Below are positions 19,027 through 28,525 of a DNA stretch of 64,000 bases, one piece after another. The stretch is from Deltaproteobacteria bacterium. GTDB taxonomy: Bacteria; Myxococcota_A; Polyangia; Fen-1088. The position numbers and the translations under genes were made by a program. The DNA lies in contig JANRKS010000022.1 of NCBI GenBank assembly GCA_033763315.1, positions 96,001 to 160,000 on the forward strand. The letters are read 5' to 3'. Numbering within the stretch: position 1 is the first letter of the stretch; each line of letters opens with the position of its first letter. The notes beneath the pieces are model-generated. The model was not told the DNA's origin and made no database searches. It was given only the letters and a program-made list of their open reading frames with translations.

Positions 19027-19581
19027 ATGGAAAAGCCCAAGCGCGTCCCCTCCCCTGACAATCTGGTGTGGATCGATCTCGAGATGACCGGGCTTGACCT
19101 GGATCAGCACGTGATCATCCAGGCCGCCGTGATCATCACCGATGCGGAACTGCGTCCGCTGGAAGAGTTCGCCTGTGACGTGTGGCAGCCCGAAGCCGAC
19201 CTGGCGCGCATGTCCCCGTTCGTGCGTGAAATGCACGAGACCAACGGTTTAATAGAGCGCGTGCGTGCAAGCCGGTTTGATACGGGCGACGCGGAAAAGC
19301 GGCTGTTGGAACGCGTGGCAGGTTGGTGCACGTATCCCGCCACGGTGTGTGGCAACACGATCTGGCAAGATCGTAAGTTCATCGATAAATACATGCCGGG
19401 CCTCGGCCGCTATTTGCACTACCGGCTGATCGACGTCAGCTCACTTAAATCTTTGGCACAGCGGTGGTATCCCGATGCGGCGCCGTTTGCGAAGTCAAAG
19501 CAAGGCGAACATGACGCCTTGGTCGACATTCGCAATTCCATCGCTGAACTGGCCCATTACCGCAAAACAATCTTGCGCTAA
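19027..19581 (+). CDS. orn: Oligoribonuclease
   Basis: LVWIDLEMTGL, MHETNGL, GNTIWQDRKF..YMP, HYRLIDVSSLK.LA.RW, HDALVDIRNSIAEL.HYR. Confidence 0.95.
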   Translation: MEKPKRVPSPDNLVWIDLEMTGLDLDQHVIIQAAVIITDAELRPLEEFACDVWQPEADLARMSPFVREMHETNGLIERVRASRFDTGDAEKRLLERVAGWCTYPATVCGNTIWQDRKFIDKYMPGLGRYLHYRLIDVSSLKSLAQRWYPDAAPFAKSKQGEHDALVDIRNSIAELAHYRKTILR

Positions 19582-19583
19582 CG

Positions 19584-20723
19584 ATGAGTTCGCCACGCCA
19601 GCCGTCAGCCGCCACGATCACGACCTTGCTTGGCGGCTTGGTTGGCTTAGCCGCTTTGCTGTGTGTGACCGGCTGCGAACAGCGGAACAGCAATACCGAT
19701 GGCGGCGCCACCGATGCGTTCAATGACGATAGCCTTGGCGGCCCTGATGTCTTGAGCATCGGCCTTTCCGTTGACTTCACCATCAATTGCCCTGTGGCCA
19801 CCGATGCCGACGCCGGCCTCCCAACCGGCTGCTGTCGTGCGCCCGCGCCCGCGGTCTTGACGTTCGTGCCGATCACGGGTGGCCCCGTGGACCGCTATTT
19901 CTGGCAATTCGGCGACGAGCAGAAATCCTTCGTCGTGACGCCCACGCATACCTATGCCTTACCCAACCAATACGACGTAACGTTGGTGGTGGGCGGCAGC
20001 GCCGGCACATTGTCGGAAACCAAACGCGCATGCGTCGACGTGCAGCCAAACCCCACGGGTGCGGCGTGCGAGGTGGATGTGCAATGCCAAACGGGCAACA
20101 CATGTTTGTGCGGCGCCCAAAGCCAATGCGGTTCGCCGTTTTTCCGCGGGCTCTGCGTGAAAAGCTGCCGCGATGCCGATTGCGCGGCGCCGTCGGTGTG
20201 CGCGGACCTCAGTTTGGGGGGCGGGGCCACAACCGAATCACCTTGGCGGCGCCCGTGGTGCCTGGGCGCGTGTGCAACCAGTGCGGATTGCCCCGTGGGC
20301 AACCAATGCCGTGAGCTTCCGGGCCGCTATCCCGCGGGCAAATGGGTCAAAGCCTGCTTTCCCAGTTTTCCTTTGCCGTCGGGCAGCCCCTGCCGAAACG
20401 CCAAAGGCGTGCTCGATTCACCCAGTTGTGTGACTGGTTTATGTGCCGACATCGGCGCGCTCGGTATGTGTACCAACCGTTGTGAAAACAGCGATTGCCC
20501 CGCCAACTTCACTTGCAGCGCCTTGGCGAATGGGGAAAAGGCTTGCCTGCCCAACTGCAAACCAGGCGACACGTGCAATGACGATTTATGGCTTGCCTGT
20601 CGACCCACGGCGGGCGGTTTGACGGGATCAGTGTGTGGACCTCGGCCGTGCACCGCCGACGCTGATTGCGTGAACGGCCGCTGCGCCCTATCGGGATCCT
20701 CCGGGGTTTGTTCGAGCCGTTAG
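19584..20723 (+). CDS. Cys-rich PKD-domain lipoprotein
   Basis: Lipobox VTGC, PKD motif WQFGD...PTHTY..P..YDVTL, multiple CxxDxDC repeats. Confidence 0.75.
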   Translation: MSSPRQPSAATITTLLGGLVGLAALLCVTGCEQRNSNTDGGATDAFNDDSLGGPDVLSIGLSVDFTINCPVATDADAGLPTGCCRAPAPAVLTFVPITGGPVDRYFWQFGDEQKSFVVTPTHTYALPNQYDVTLVVGGSAGTLSETKRACVDVQPNPTGAACEVDVQCQTGNTCLCGAQSQCGSPFFRGLCVKSCRDADCAAPSVCADLSLGGGATTESPWRRPWCLGACATSADCPVGNQCRELPGRYPAGKWVKACFPSFPLPSGSPCRNAKGVLDSPSCVTGLCADIGALGMCTNRCENSDCPANFTCSALANGEKACLPNCKPGDTCNDDLWLACRPTAGGLTGSVCGPRPCTADADCVNGRCALSGSSGVCSSR

Positions 20724-20805
20724 ACCCACCCTCCGTGAGATACCGCACCTTAAAGGCTTTGGGCGTGGTGTCCCCTCTTGCGTCGGGTGGCCTTGGCAGC
20801 GCAGC

Positions 20806-22146
20806 ATGCGGCCTATGGGAAACGCAAGTAGTCTGTCTCGTCGCACCCTCATGCAAGTTGCAGCGGCCGGAGCCGTCGCACCTCTGTTAACCCGATCTAA
20901 CCGCGTGTGGGGTGCCAACGAGCGCATCTCGTTGGGGTTCATTGGTTGTGGTGGCATCACCAAAGCGCACTTTGAGGCGCTGGGCGATATGAAGGACGCC
21001 GAAGTGATCGCGGCCTGCGACATCGACGAGAAGCGCGCCGGCGATATGGCCGCCCAATGCAACAAGCGCTACGGCCGCACGCCAGAGCTTTACGCTGATT
21101 TTCGCAAACTTCTTGAACGCAAAGACATCGACGCCGTGTTCGTGGCGTCACCTGATCACTGGCACGGACTGCACCTCATCCACGCCTGTGAGGCAGGCAA
21201 AGACGTTTATGTTGAAAAGCCCTTGAGCTTCACCGTGGGCGAAGGCCGCGCGATGGTCAAAGCCGCCGAAAAGCACAAACGTGTGGTGCAGGTGGGCACG
21301 CAACAGCGTTCAAACAAGATCTACCAAGACACGATCGACTACATTCGTTCGGGCAAGCTCGGCCGTGTAAGCGAAGTGCAAACGTGGAACGTCTATAACG
21401 GTGCTGGCATGGGCGCGCCCGCTGACGGCGATCCACCCGCGGGCGTTGATTATGATTTTTGGCTGGGCCCCGCACCCAAGCGCGCGTTCAACGCAAAACG
21501 TTTCCACGGCAGCTGGCGGTACTTCCGCGACTATGGCGGCGGGTACGTCACCGATTGGAACACGCACCACCAAGACATCGTACATCTGGCCATGGATAGC
21601 TGGTCGCCGAAATCCGTGGCGATGGACGGCTTCGTGGTGAACACCGACGACAACCGCGATATGCCCGATACAGCGAAGGTGACGTTCACCTACGATGCGC
21701 CCCAAGGCGAATTCATCTCAACGTACACCGTTCGGCGCGGTAACCAGCGGCCGCCTGACATGGATCTGACGCATTCGGATCACGGCATCGCCTTTTACGG
21801 CAAAAACGGCACGCTCGTGATCACACGTTCCGGCTGGACGGTCTATGGCGAAAGCCGCAAGGACACACCCGTGAAGAACGAAGGCGATACCAAGATGCAA
21901 CCACACGTGCGCAACTTCTTGGACTGCATTCGAAGCCGCAACAAGACCACAAGCGACATCGCCAGCATGCATATGTCAACGCTGGTCAACCACATCGCCA
22001 ACATTTCGTGGCGCGTGGGCCGCAAGGTCTACTGGAACGCAAAAACGGAAACGCTGTTTGCCGACGCCGCGCTCAAACAAAGCGACAAGGAAGCCAACAA
22101 ACTGTTGTTCCGCGATCCGCGCAAGCCCTGGAAGTTCCCGGCCTAA
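20806..22146 (+). CDS. Tat-exported Gfo/Idh/MocA oxidoreductase
   Basis: SRRTLM Tat motif, IGCGG, DAVFVASPDHWH, DVYVEKP, QVGTQQRS, WLGPAP. Confidence 0.92.
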   Translation: MRPMGNASSLSRRTLMQVAAAGAVAPLLTRSNRVWGANERISLGFIGCGGITKAHFEALGDMKDAEVIAACDIDEKRAGDMAAQCNKRYGRTPELYADFRKLLERKDIDAVFVASPDHWHGLHLIHACEAGKDVYVEKPLSFTVGEGRAMVKAAEKHKRVVQVGTQQRSNKIYQDTIDYIRSGKLGRVSEVQTWNVYNGAGMGAPADGDPPAGVDYDFWLGPAPKRAFNAKRFHGSWRYFRDYGGGYVTDWNTHHQDIVHLAMDSWSPKSVAMDGFVVNTDDNRDMPDTAKVTFTYDAPQGEFISTYTVRRGNQRPPDMDLTHSDHGIAFYGKNGTLVITRSGWTVYGESRKDTPVKNEGDTKMQPHVRNFLDCIRSRNKTTSDIASMHMSTLVNHIANISWRVGRKVYWNAKTETLFADAALKQSDKEANKLLFRDPRKPWKFPA

Positions 22147-22160
22147 GCGCCGGCAAGCGC

Positions 22161-22192
22161 GCACGGAGGGGGCGCCAGGCCTCCTTCCGTGC
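22161..22192. terminator. Hairpin between convergent genes (likely bidirectional terminator)
   Basis: GCACGGAGGGGG...CTCCTTCCGTGC. Confidence 0.55.
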
Positions 22193-22205
22193 GGCCGCTG
22201 CGGTG

Positions 22206-22640
22206 CTATTCAACTTCTTGGCGAATCACGATCTTGTTCGAGGGGCTGCCCACCTCGGCGGACTCTTCAGCCGTCACAAGCACCGTGAATTCATCATAAG
22301 CGCACGTGGCTTCAGCCTTGCCCACGCGTTCATCTTTGTCGTACTGCAAGTGACCCGCCTTTTGAGTGGGCTGCCCCTTGGCGGTGAACCAAACCACAAA
22401 CGCTTCGGCGTCTTCGGCCACGCGATCGGGCGGTGGCAAGTTTTGAATGTCGATGGTCACAAGCTTGTTGCCCGTTTCACGCTTTTCAACCTTGATGTTG
22501 GCGTCAGCGCTGGCCGATGTGCCTGTGCCCGTAACGTAGTATTTGTTCGGCCCACCACAGGCCACCAAGCCACCTGCACCGATAAGTGCCGCACCCAACA
22601 ACACACGTTGGGACAAAGTCGAAGCAAAGCGAAAGTTCAT
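22206..22640 (-). CDS. Small lipoprotein, C-terminus weakly RskA-like
   Basis: GAAAGGA RBS, lipobox LVAC, FVVW...VLVTAEE...SPS. Confidence 0.7.
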   Translation of the reverse strand: MNFRFASTLSQRVLLGAALIGAGGLVACGGPNKYYVTGTGTSASADANIKVEKRETGNKLVTIDIQNLPPPDRVAEDAEAFVVWFTAKGQPTQKAGHLQYDKDERVGKAEATCAYDEFTVLVTAEESAEVGSPSNKIVIRQEVE

Positions 22641-22728
22641 TGATCGGTTCCTTTCGTAAATAGGTGTGGCGAAGCCACGGGCGCAGAGTTTACACCCTTT
22701 CCGCGCCCATACACACCATGGCCCGCCG

Positions 22729-23718
22729 TCACGGCTTGGCGGGCACCGCCGACGCCAAAAGTGGCGCGAGCACGGCGGCCAACGCAACGTCATCTTCGGG
22801 CACATTCACTCCCTTGTACAAGAACCACGTTTCTGTGTGTTCCGCGCTGCCGCCCGCGGCAATGGGTCGCAAGGGAGCCAATGATTCGACCTCGATGAAA
22901 TCGCCCGCGGTGTAGACCTCGGTGTTGCTGCCGAAATCCGTGTAGATAGCCCCCTCGAAAAAAGGCATGCGCTTGACGAACAGGGTGCCGGCATTGGCAT
23001 AAGCCACCCAACCTAGGTGGTTGCCAAAGCCTACTTTTTGTGGCGCTTTGGCGGCGCTGTCGGTGCGCAGGCGCGTGAACTTCGGTCCAAACGAAAACCG
23101 CTTGTCGGCCAAATTCGTATACGCCCACAGCGCCATGGGCCGCACGGGCAACAGAGCCTCGGGGTGAGGGCGCACGGGCTCGTTGGGCACAAGCGCCACG
23201 CCACCGCCACGCAACACCGAGATCGCCCACGGCGCCGCTTCGATGGCCCACGGCCCCACGTTCTTGAGGCGGTGAATCACAGTGACCCGTGTGCCGGTGG
23301 GATCAAGACGCACTTCGATTTCCTTTTGCAAATGCGTGGGCGCTTCGGGAGCCGCGGTGAACCTGACGTGCCCTGGTGCCAGCACCGTGATCTGTGGCGG
23401 CGCGTTGTCTGGCACATAAGAACGCCCCGCTTGCTCAGGCGCGTGCCACAAACGATGGCCGCCCCACAAGGTGAATTTCGTCAGGTCAATGGATTCGCCC
23501 TGCGGAGGCATCTCGGCAAACACATTCGCGGCGCCTGCGAAACCATAGCTCAACACCCGCGGCCCCACGTCACGTGTCACCACCACATCCACGGTTCCGT
23601 TCGACAGCTTCGTGCAGCGTTGATTCCTCAAGCACGTGACATCGGTGCTGGTGACTTTCGCAGACACCGAAGAGCCCCAACTCAAAACCCCAAGAAGCAC
23701 AACCCAGGCAATACGCAT
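22729..23718 (-). CDS. Exported protein, DUF4380/galactose-mutarotase-like
   Basis: Signal peptide, GPRVLSY, GGHRLWHAPE, IEVESLAPL...HTETW. Confidence 0.65.
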   Translation of the reverse strand: MRIAWVVLLGVLSWGSSVSAKVTSTDVTCLRNQRCTKLSNGTVDVVVTRDVGPRVLSYGFAGAANVFAEMPPQGESIDLTKFTLWGGHRLWHAPEQAGRSYVPDNAPPQITVLAPGHVRFTAAPEAPTHLQKEIEVRLDPTGTRVTVIHRLKNVGPWAIEAAPWAISVLRGGGVALVPNEPVRPHPEALLPVRPMALWAYTNLADKRFSFGPKFTRLRTDSAAKAPQKVGFGNHLGWVAYANAGTLFVKRMPFFEGAIYTDFGSNTEVYTAGDFIEVESLAPLRPIAAGGSAEHTETWFLYKGVNVPEDDVALAAVLAPLLASAVPAKP

Positions 23719-23772
23719 ATCCGCGTTTTCGCACAAACCACAGGCCGCCGGAAACGCAAAACGCGCGGCGGC

Positions 23773-25884
23773 TCAAACAACGAACATCAACATGCGCCCG
23801 ATCACGGCGGGCAGCACCGATCGCGAGGCGGCAAAGGCAAGCACGGACACGAACTGCACCGCCATCACAGGCCACGACAACGCCGATGTGTTGGCCACCA
23901 CCGACACGAACGTCGCGACCGCCACCGTGCGCCAGCTCCACCCAAAACGCTGTTGCAGCGAACGCGCAAGCAAGGCGCGCAAAATCAGCTCTTCACTGCA
24001 CACCATCACCAACGGCGCAGGCGCGGCGCCGCCATACACGCGCAAGCCGGCACACGCGGCGCCCGCAAACACCAGCGCGCCGAACGATCGCAACAACGCT
24101 TGGCCACGCCAATTCGCCAACAGCGCGGGCACCGCCTCGCCACGCCGTCGCAAGCCACGCCGTATCGAGACCAAGAACAACCAAACGCCCAGGCCCACCA
24201 ACGCCGCCCACACAGCGGCACCCATTTGAGATTCCTGCACCGACAGGCCCGCGGGCGCGGCCACCAACAGCTGCACGCCGCAAAACAACAGCACGCACGC
24301 CAACGCACCATCGCCCGTCGTCAAGGGACGCGGCCGCCCTGGATCAAGGGCCGATTCCGCGCGGTGCACGCCGGTGGACCACACCAAACCAACAGCGGTG
24401 GCGTAAAGCACCAACGTGCGCGCCGCCAGCACACCATCGCGCAGCAACGCCACATTGAAAAGCCCCGCCACCATCAAGAACACATAGACGGTGCCGGGCC
24501 CCAAAGCGTTGCGGCCATCATCGGAAAGATCGGCCGCGTTGCAACCCACCCCCACGGCCAACACACACAGAAGCCCGCTGCCGAACACGACGAGCGCCAG
24601 CGTGCGCCACAGCTCCACGTCGCGCAGAGAGTCGCCGCCCAACACGGTCATGGCGGCGTAAGCCAAAAGCCCCACGCCCACGATGATCCACAACCACGCG
24701 CGCGCCTTGCCCCACATCAAGCGCCACAACGGCACCGGCACCGATCGCAAGATCCAAAACGCGCGGCGTTCACCCTGCATGTGCGGCAACGGCCCGAGCG
24801 TCGCCAAATACGCCGCCAACGAATAAGCCACCAAGCCTGCACGGCGCGGACCTGTGCCTAAGGCGTCCATGCCCACGGCACCAAACAGTTGCACACCCAC
24901 AAACAGAAACGGCATCGCCAACAGCGACACGAAACGCGCCCGATCGCGCACCAGCATGCGCCACTCTTTGCCCGCGATCGAAAGCGCCGCGCCCGTCCGC
25001 GGTGACAAGGACTCGGTGTCGTAAGGCAGCCCGGCATCCTGCCACCCGCGTCGGGAGGACCACGCGGCCACGCCCGCGGCCCCCACCACGCTCGCCAGCG
25101 CAAAACCAACCAGCGCCAGCAGCCACACCGTGGCTTGTGCACCACCGGCGCGTAACGCGAGCAACGGGTTGCACAAGATCATCAGCGAGGTGTGATTCAG
25201 AAAACCTGCGTAGGGCGAAACCACCTGCACAAATTGTTGCGGCTGCCGCAACACAAATGAAGCCAACGCCCACAACATCGCAACCGCCAACGCAGACACA
25301 AGGCCAAACGCCGTTGCCAGGGCGCGCCGGCGGCGCAGTGGCACGCGCCCCAACAAGCCCAAACTCACACATTGCCCGCAACCGGTCAGGCTGATCTGCA
25401 CGATCACGGAGATCGCCAACGCCATCACGAAGCCCCGGGCCCCCAACCTCCACACATAGGCCGCCGCCGCCAGTACGGGCAGCAAAAACAACGAGCCCCA
25501 AAAATCCAAGATGGCCGACGCGAACGCACGCGCGGCCACCAACGCTGGCAAGCTCACAGGGCGCGCCAAAAAGAACTCGTTCTCACCCGTCCCCGCCACC
25601 ACCGCATCGCCGCCCGTGATCTTCGACATCAAGCTGGCCAGCGTTAAACCCCACACCACAACAGATAACGTTGCCGCTTGCACAGGCCAAGGCGCCACCT
25701 GCGCCACCACGCCGAACGCGGAAATGAACAAGCCCACGTAGGTGAGGGGTAACAGCAAGGCCACCACGCCCAACCAGCGGCTACCAGAATGGCCACCGCG
25801 ACGAAAGCTGTGCCACGTGTGGCGCAAACGAAAGCGCACCAACACGCGCACCAAACGCCACACGCTCGCGAGGCCGGTGGTCAT
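23773..25884 (-). CDS. ABC exporter permease with degenerate CPBP-like C-terminus
   Basis: Many transmembrane segments; two permease-like halves (FFLARPVS, WILRSVPV); SEELILRA near the C-terminus. ATGA overlap with the ATPase gene. Confidence 0.7.
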   Translation of the reverse strand: MTTGLASVWRLVRVLVRFRLRHTWHSFRRGGHSGSRWLGVVALLLPLTYVGLFISAFGVVAQVAPWPVQAATLSVVVWGLTLASLMSKITGGDAVVAGTGENEFFLARPVSLPALVAARAFASAILDFWGSLFLLPVLAAAAYVWRLGARGFVMALAISVIVQISLTGCGQCVSLGLLGRVPLRRRRALATAFGLVSALAVAMLWALASFVLRQPQQFVQVVSPYAGFLNHTSLMILCNPLLALRAGGAQATVWLLALVGFALASVVGAAGVAAWSSRRGWQDAGLPYDTESLSPRTGAALSIAGKEWRMLVRDRARFVSLLAMPFLFVGVQLFGAVGMDALGTGPRRAGLVAYSLAAYLATLGPLPHMQGERRAFWILRSVPVPLWRLMWGKARAWLWIIVGVGLLAYAAMTVLGGDSLRDVELWRTLALVVFGSGLLCVLAVGVGCNAADLSDDGRNALGPGTVYVFLMVAGLFNVALLRDGVLAARTLVLYATAVGLVWSTGVHRAESALDPGRPRPLTTGDGALACVLLFCGVQLLVAAPAGLSVQESQMGAAVWAALVGLGVWLFLVSIRRGLRRRGEAVPALLANWRGQALLRSFGALVFAGAACAGLRVYGGAAPAPLVMVCSEELILRALLARSLQQRFGWSWRTVAVATFVSVVANTSALSWPVMAVQFVSVLAFAASRSVLPAVIGRMLMFVV

Positions 25885-26612
25885 GGGGCGGGCGGCGCCA
25901 GCAATTTTATGAACACGTCTTCCAACGACGCCGCGCCATCGTTGCCATGCAGCTTCTGCAAGGTCGCGGGTTCGTCCACGGCCAGCAAGCGACCCGCGGA
26001 AATGATCGCCACGCGGTGGCACAGGCGTTCGGCGGTCTCCAAAAGGTGCGTTGAAAGAAAAACGGTTTTCCCTTCACGCGCCAGTTGCGCGACCAAATCT
26101 TTCATCTGCTTGGCGGCCATCGGATCCAAGCCGTTGGTGGGCTCATCCAAGATGAGCACTTGCGGATCGTGTAGCAACGCCGCCGCCAAGGCGACGCGCT
26201 TCTTCGTGCCGTGTGAATACGTCATGCAAAACCGCGGCGCCTCTGCCCCCACATAACGTTCCGCCAAGGCGCCGGCTTTGCGACGCGCCTCTGCCCCGGT
26301 AAAACCATGCAGCCCCGCCACCATCTCTAAGAACTCCAGCCCAGAAAGATACGGATACAAAAACGGCTCGTCGGGCAGGTACCCAACCACACGCTTGAGC
26401 GCCACGCTGTCGCTGTGACAGTCCTTGCCCAAGATCTGCGCCGTGCCGCTGGTCGGGCGCAATAGGCCCATCAACAACCGAATCGTGGTGGTCTTGCCCG
26501 AGCCGTTCGGCCCCAAAAAGCCCATCACTTCGCCCGCGTTCACCTGCAAGGTCAGGCTGTCTAAAGCCACCTTGTCCCCGTAACGTTTGCCAAGCGCGCG
26601 CGTTTCGATCAT
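25881..26612 (-). CDS. ABC transporter ATP-binding protein
   Basis: GPNGSGKTT, YSHGTKKR signature, LILDEPTNGLD, STH. Confidence 0.95.
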   Translation of the reverse strand: MIETRALGKRYGDKVALDSLTLQVNAGEVMGFLGPNGSGKTTTIRLLMGLLRPTSGTAQILGKDCHSDSVALKRVVGYLPDEPFLYPYLSGLEFLEMVAGLHGFTGAEARRKAGALAERYVGAEAPRFCMTYSHGTKKRVALAAALLHDPQVLILDEPTNGLDPMAAKQMKDLVAQLAREGKTVFLSTHLLETAERLCHRVAIISAGRLLAVDEPATLQKLHGNDGAASLEDVFIKLLAPPAP

Positions 26613-26635
26613 CGAGTCGCGCCCGGGCTTCGCTC

Positions 26636-28312
26636 CTACGAGCCCGACAACACCAGCGTAAAGCCGGTCTCGTAATCTTCGCCGCCAGCGGGGAAGTGCC
26701 AGCGATTCACGGCTTGCTTCAAGCAATCATGGACGGCATTTAGTGCAGGAGGTGAGCTTAACGCCACCGACTTGACTTTGCCCGAGATGCCGATGTTGAC
26801 CGTAACTTCGATGCGGCCGCCGGCCTGGCTGCCTGTGCGGCGCAAAACGCGGTTGTAGCAGAGCTTCACAGCGTCTTGGTTCTCTTTGCGTCGAACCACG
26901 TTGCCAATCGCCGCTTGATCCACAGGTGCAGAAGCGGCCACAGGTTTGCGCGTAGGTAAGGCGCGGCGTTCGGCCAAGCCAAGGTCCACCTTGCGCTCGC
27001 CATTGTCGAGCTTGATGTTCTCTGCACCTGCCGGGGCCGGTGCCAAAGGCGGCGGCGCCAACGGATCTACGGTTGGTTTCGCACCGGCCACCGGCTTCTT
27101 GCCGCCGGCGGCGGGACGCGGATCACCACCCACGTGCGCCACTTTGTTGCCGCCCGGCTGATCCGGGAACCACTTGTTCGCCTCTTCGGCGGCCGCGCGC
27201 TCCACCTCTTCAGGCGTCTTGCCACCCGGCTCATTTGCCGCCGGTTTGTTCTGCACGGCCGAACCTTTCGGCGTGTTGCTGCCATAGCCGGTCACGGCTG
27301 CGGTCACGGCCGCGCCCAACAGAAGCACCACGAAGGCGATGGCGCCGATCTTCAGGGCCGGCTTGCGCGAAACCCGCCCGCCCAAGCTCATGACCTGCGA
27401 CAGGCCAGATTCGCCTCCCATGCTCATGTTCGGCGCCAAAGGCGCAGGGGCCACGTGGTTGGCCGGCCCCGGGTTGGCGGCGGGCGGCGGGAAGAACGGG
27501 GTTGATGGCGCGTCGCTGAAAAGATCCAACGGAGGCCTCGCCGCGGCGGCATGTCCGTTGTTGCCGTTGACATGCGAACCGTTGGCGTGCCCACCTTGCA
27601 TGCCCACCAGGTTGGCAACGGGCGTCTTCTGATCGTCGTCCTCGGGGCCCACCAATGTCGACGAACTGCCCATCATGTCGGCCGCGAGCGCCGCCGACAG
27701 GGGTTGGATCTGCGTGGCCTCGCCTTCGTCGAACGCGCCCAAGTGGTCGGCGGCGCGCACGGACGAGGCCACGGCCATGGCAGCCCCGCCGCCTGGTGAC
27801 CGCCCCGCTGACTGAGCCAAAGCCGCCAAGGGCTTCGCGGCCGGCAAACCTGGAGACGTAGGCGGTCGCGGTGGGGGTGCCACGCGTCCCCCCGGCGCCG
27901 ACTTCGCTTGCGCAAGCGCACGTTCGATTTCCGGAACCTTCGCGGGCTCCTTCCAGCCGTCGAGGCCCTCTTTCCAAACGAAGATCTCGGCGCCCGGCTT
28001 TTGCGCCAGCACCTGCGCGGCGAGTTGCGCTTTCGTGAACGGTCCCTTCTGCTGGCCATCCACGGCCAAATGCCATTCGGGTCGATCCGTCACAACCGCC
28101 GGCGGTGCGGGGCGCGGGGGCGGCGGCAAAGACGCTGTGGCCGGGCGCGGAGCCGCGGGCTTCGCTGCCTCGGGCGAGGCCTCGGAAACCGCACTGTCAC
28201 GCAACGTGATGACGTTGTCGCATGACTTGCAGCGAATCTTCAGAATCTTCTGCCGGACCTTTTCGTCAGCGATCGAATAACGGGTCCCGCAGCGCTCACA
28301 GAGGAACTTCAT
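26636..28312 (-). CDS. gltJ: GltJ/AgmX-family gliding motility protein (zinc ribbon, GYF, TM, TonB-C-like)
   Basis: CERC..YSIADEKV..IRCKSC zinc ribbon; WHLAVDGQQKGPF...VWKEGLDGW GYF_2 domain; one TM; C-terminal AgmX/PglI domain (CY...GRIEVTVNI...CL....RWHFP). Confidence 0.8.
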   Translation of the reverse strand: MKFLCERCGTRYSIADEKVRQKILKIRCKSCDNVITLRDSAVSEASPEAAKPAAPRPATASLPPPPRPAPPAVVTDRPEWHLAVDGQQKGPFTKAQLAAQVLAQKPGAEIFVWKEGLDGWKEPAKVPEIERALAQAKSAPGGRVAPPPRPPTSPGLPAAKPLAALAQSAGRSPGGGAAMAVASSVRAADHLGAFDEGEATQIQPLSAALAADMMGSSSTLVGPEDDDQKTPVANLVGMQGGHANGSHVNGNNGHAAAARPPLDLFSDAPSTPFFPPPAANPGPANHVAPAPLAPNMSMGGESGLSQVMSLGGRVSRKPALKIGAIAFVVLLLGAAVTAAVTGYGSNTPKGSAVQNKPAANEPGGKTPEEVERAAAEEANKWFPDQPGGNKVAHVGGDPRPAAGGKKPVAGAKPTVDPLAPPPLAPAPAGAENIKLDNGERKVDLGLAERRALPTRKPVAASAPVDQAAIGNVVRRKENQDAVKLCYNRVLRRTGSQAGGRIEVTVNIGISGKVKSVALSSPPALNAVHDCLKQAVNRWHFPAGGEDYETGFTLVLSGS

Positions 28313-28525
28313 CCAGAATCTCGGGGGATTTCCCTAGGGTTTCCAAGCTTTGGTGTCGGCCAGAAAAGCTAATATATGCGTAGAGTCGTGAAATGGAAAG
28401 CAGGAGTCTGGCATCAAGGCATGCTCTTTCTCGCGGGTGCAAGTACATCGGCGCTTCCCCACCGAACGTGAGCCACTACCTTCGAGTTTTTGTGCCTGCA
28501 ACGCATGTGTAACCTGGCGGCAAAA

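Noticed and set aside
23017-24861. 614-aa plus-strand Arg/His-rich ORF
   Set aside because: Antisense to the permease and DUF4380-like genes; composition typical of a non-coding frame.
28409-28425. TGGCATC..TGCT sigma54-like motif
   Set aside because: GG-N11-GC spacing, and it faces antisense to the flanking genes.
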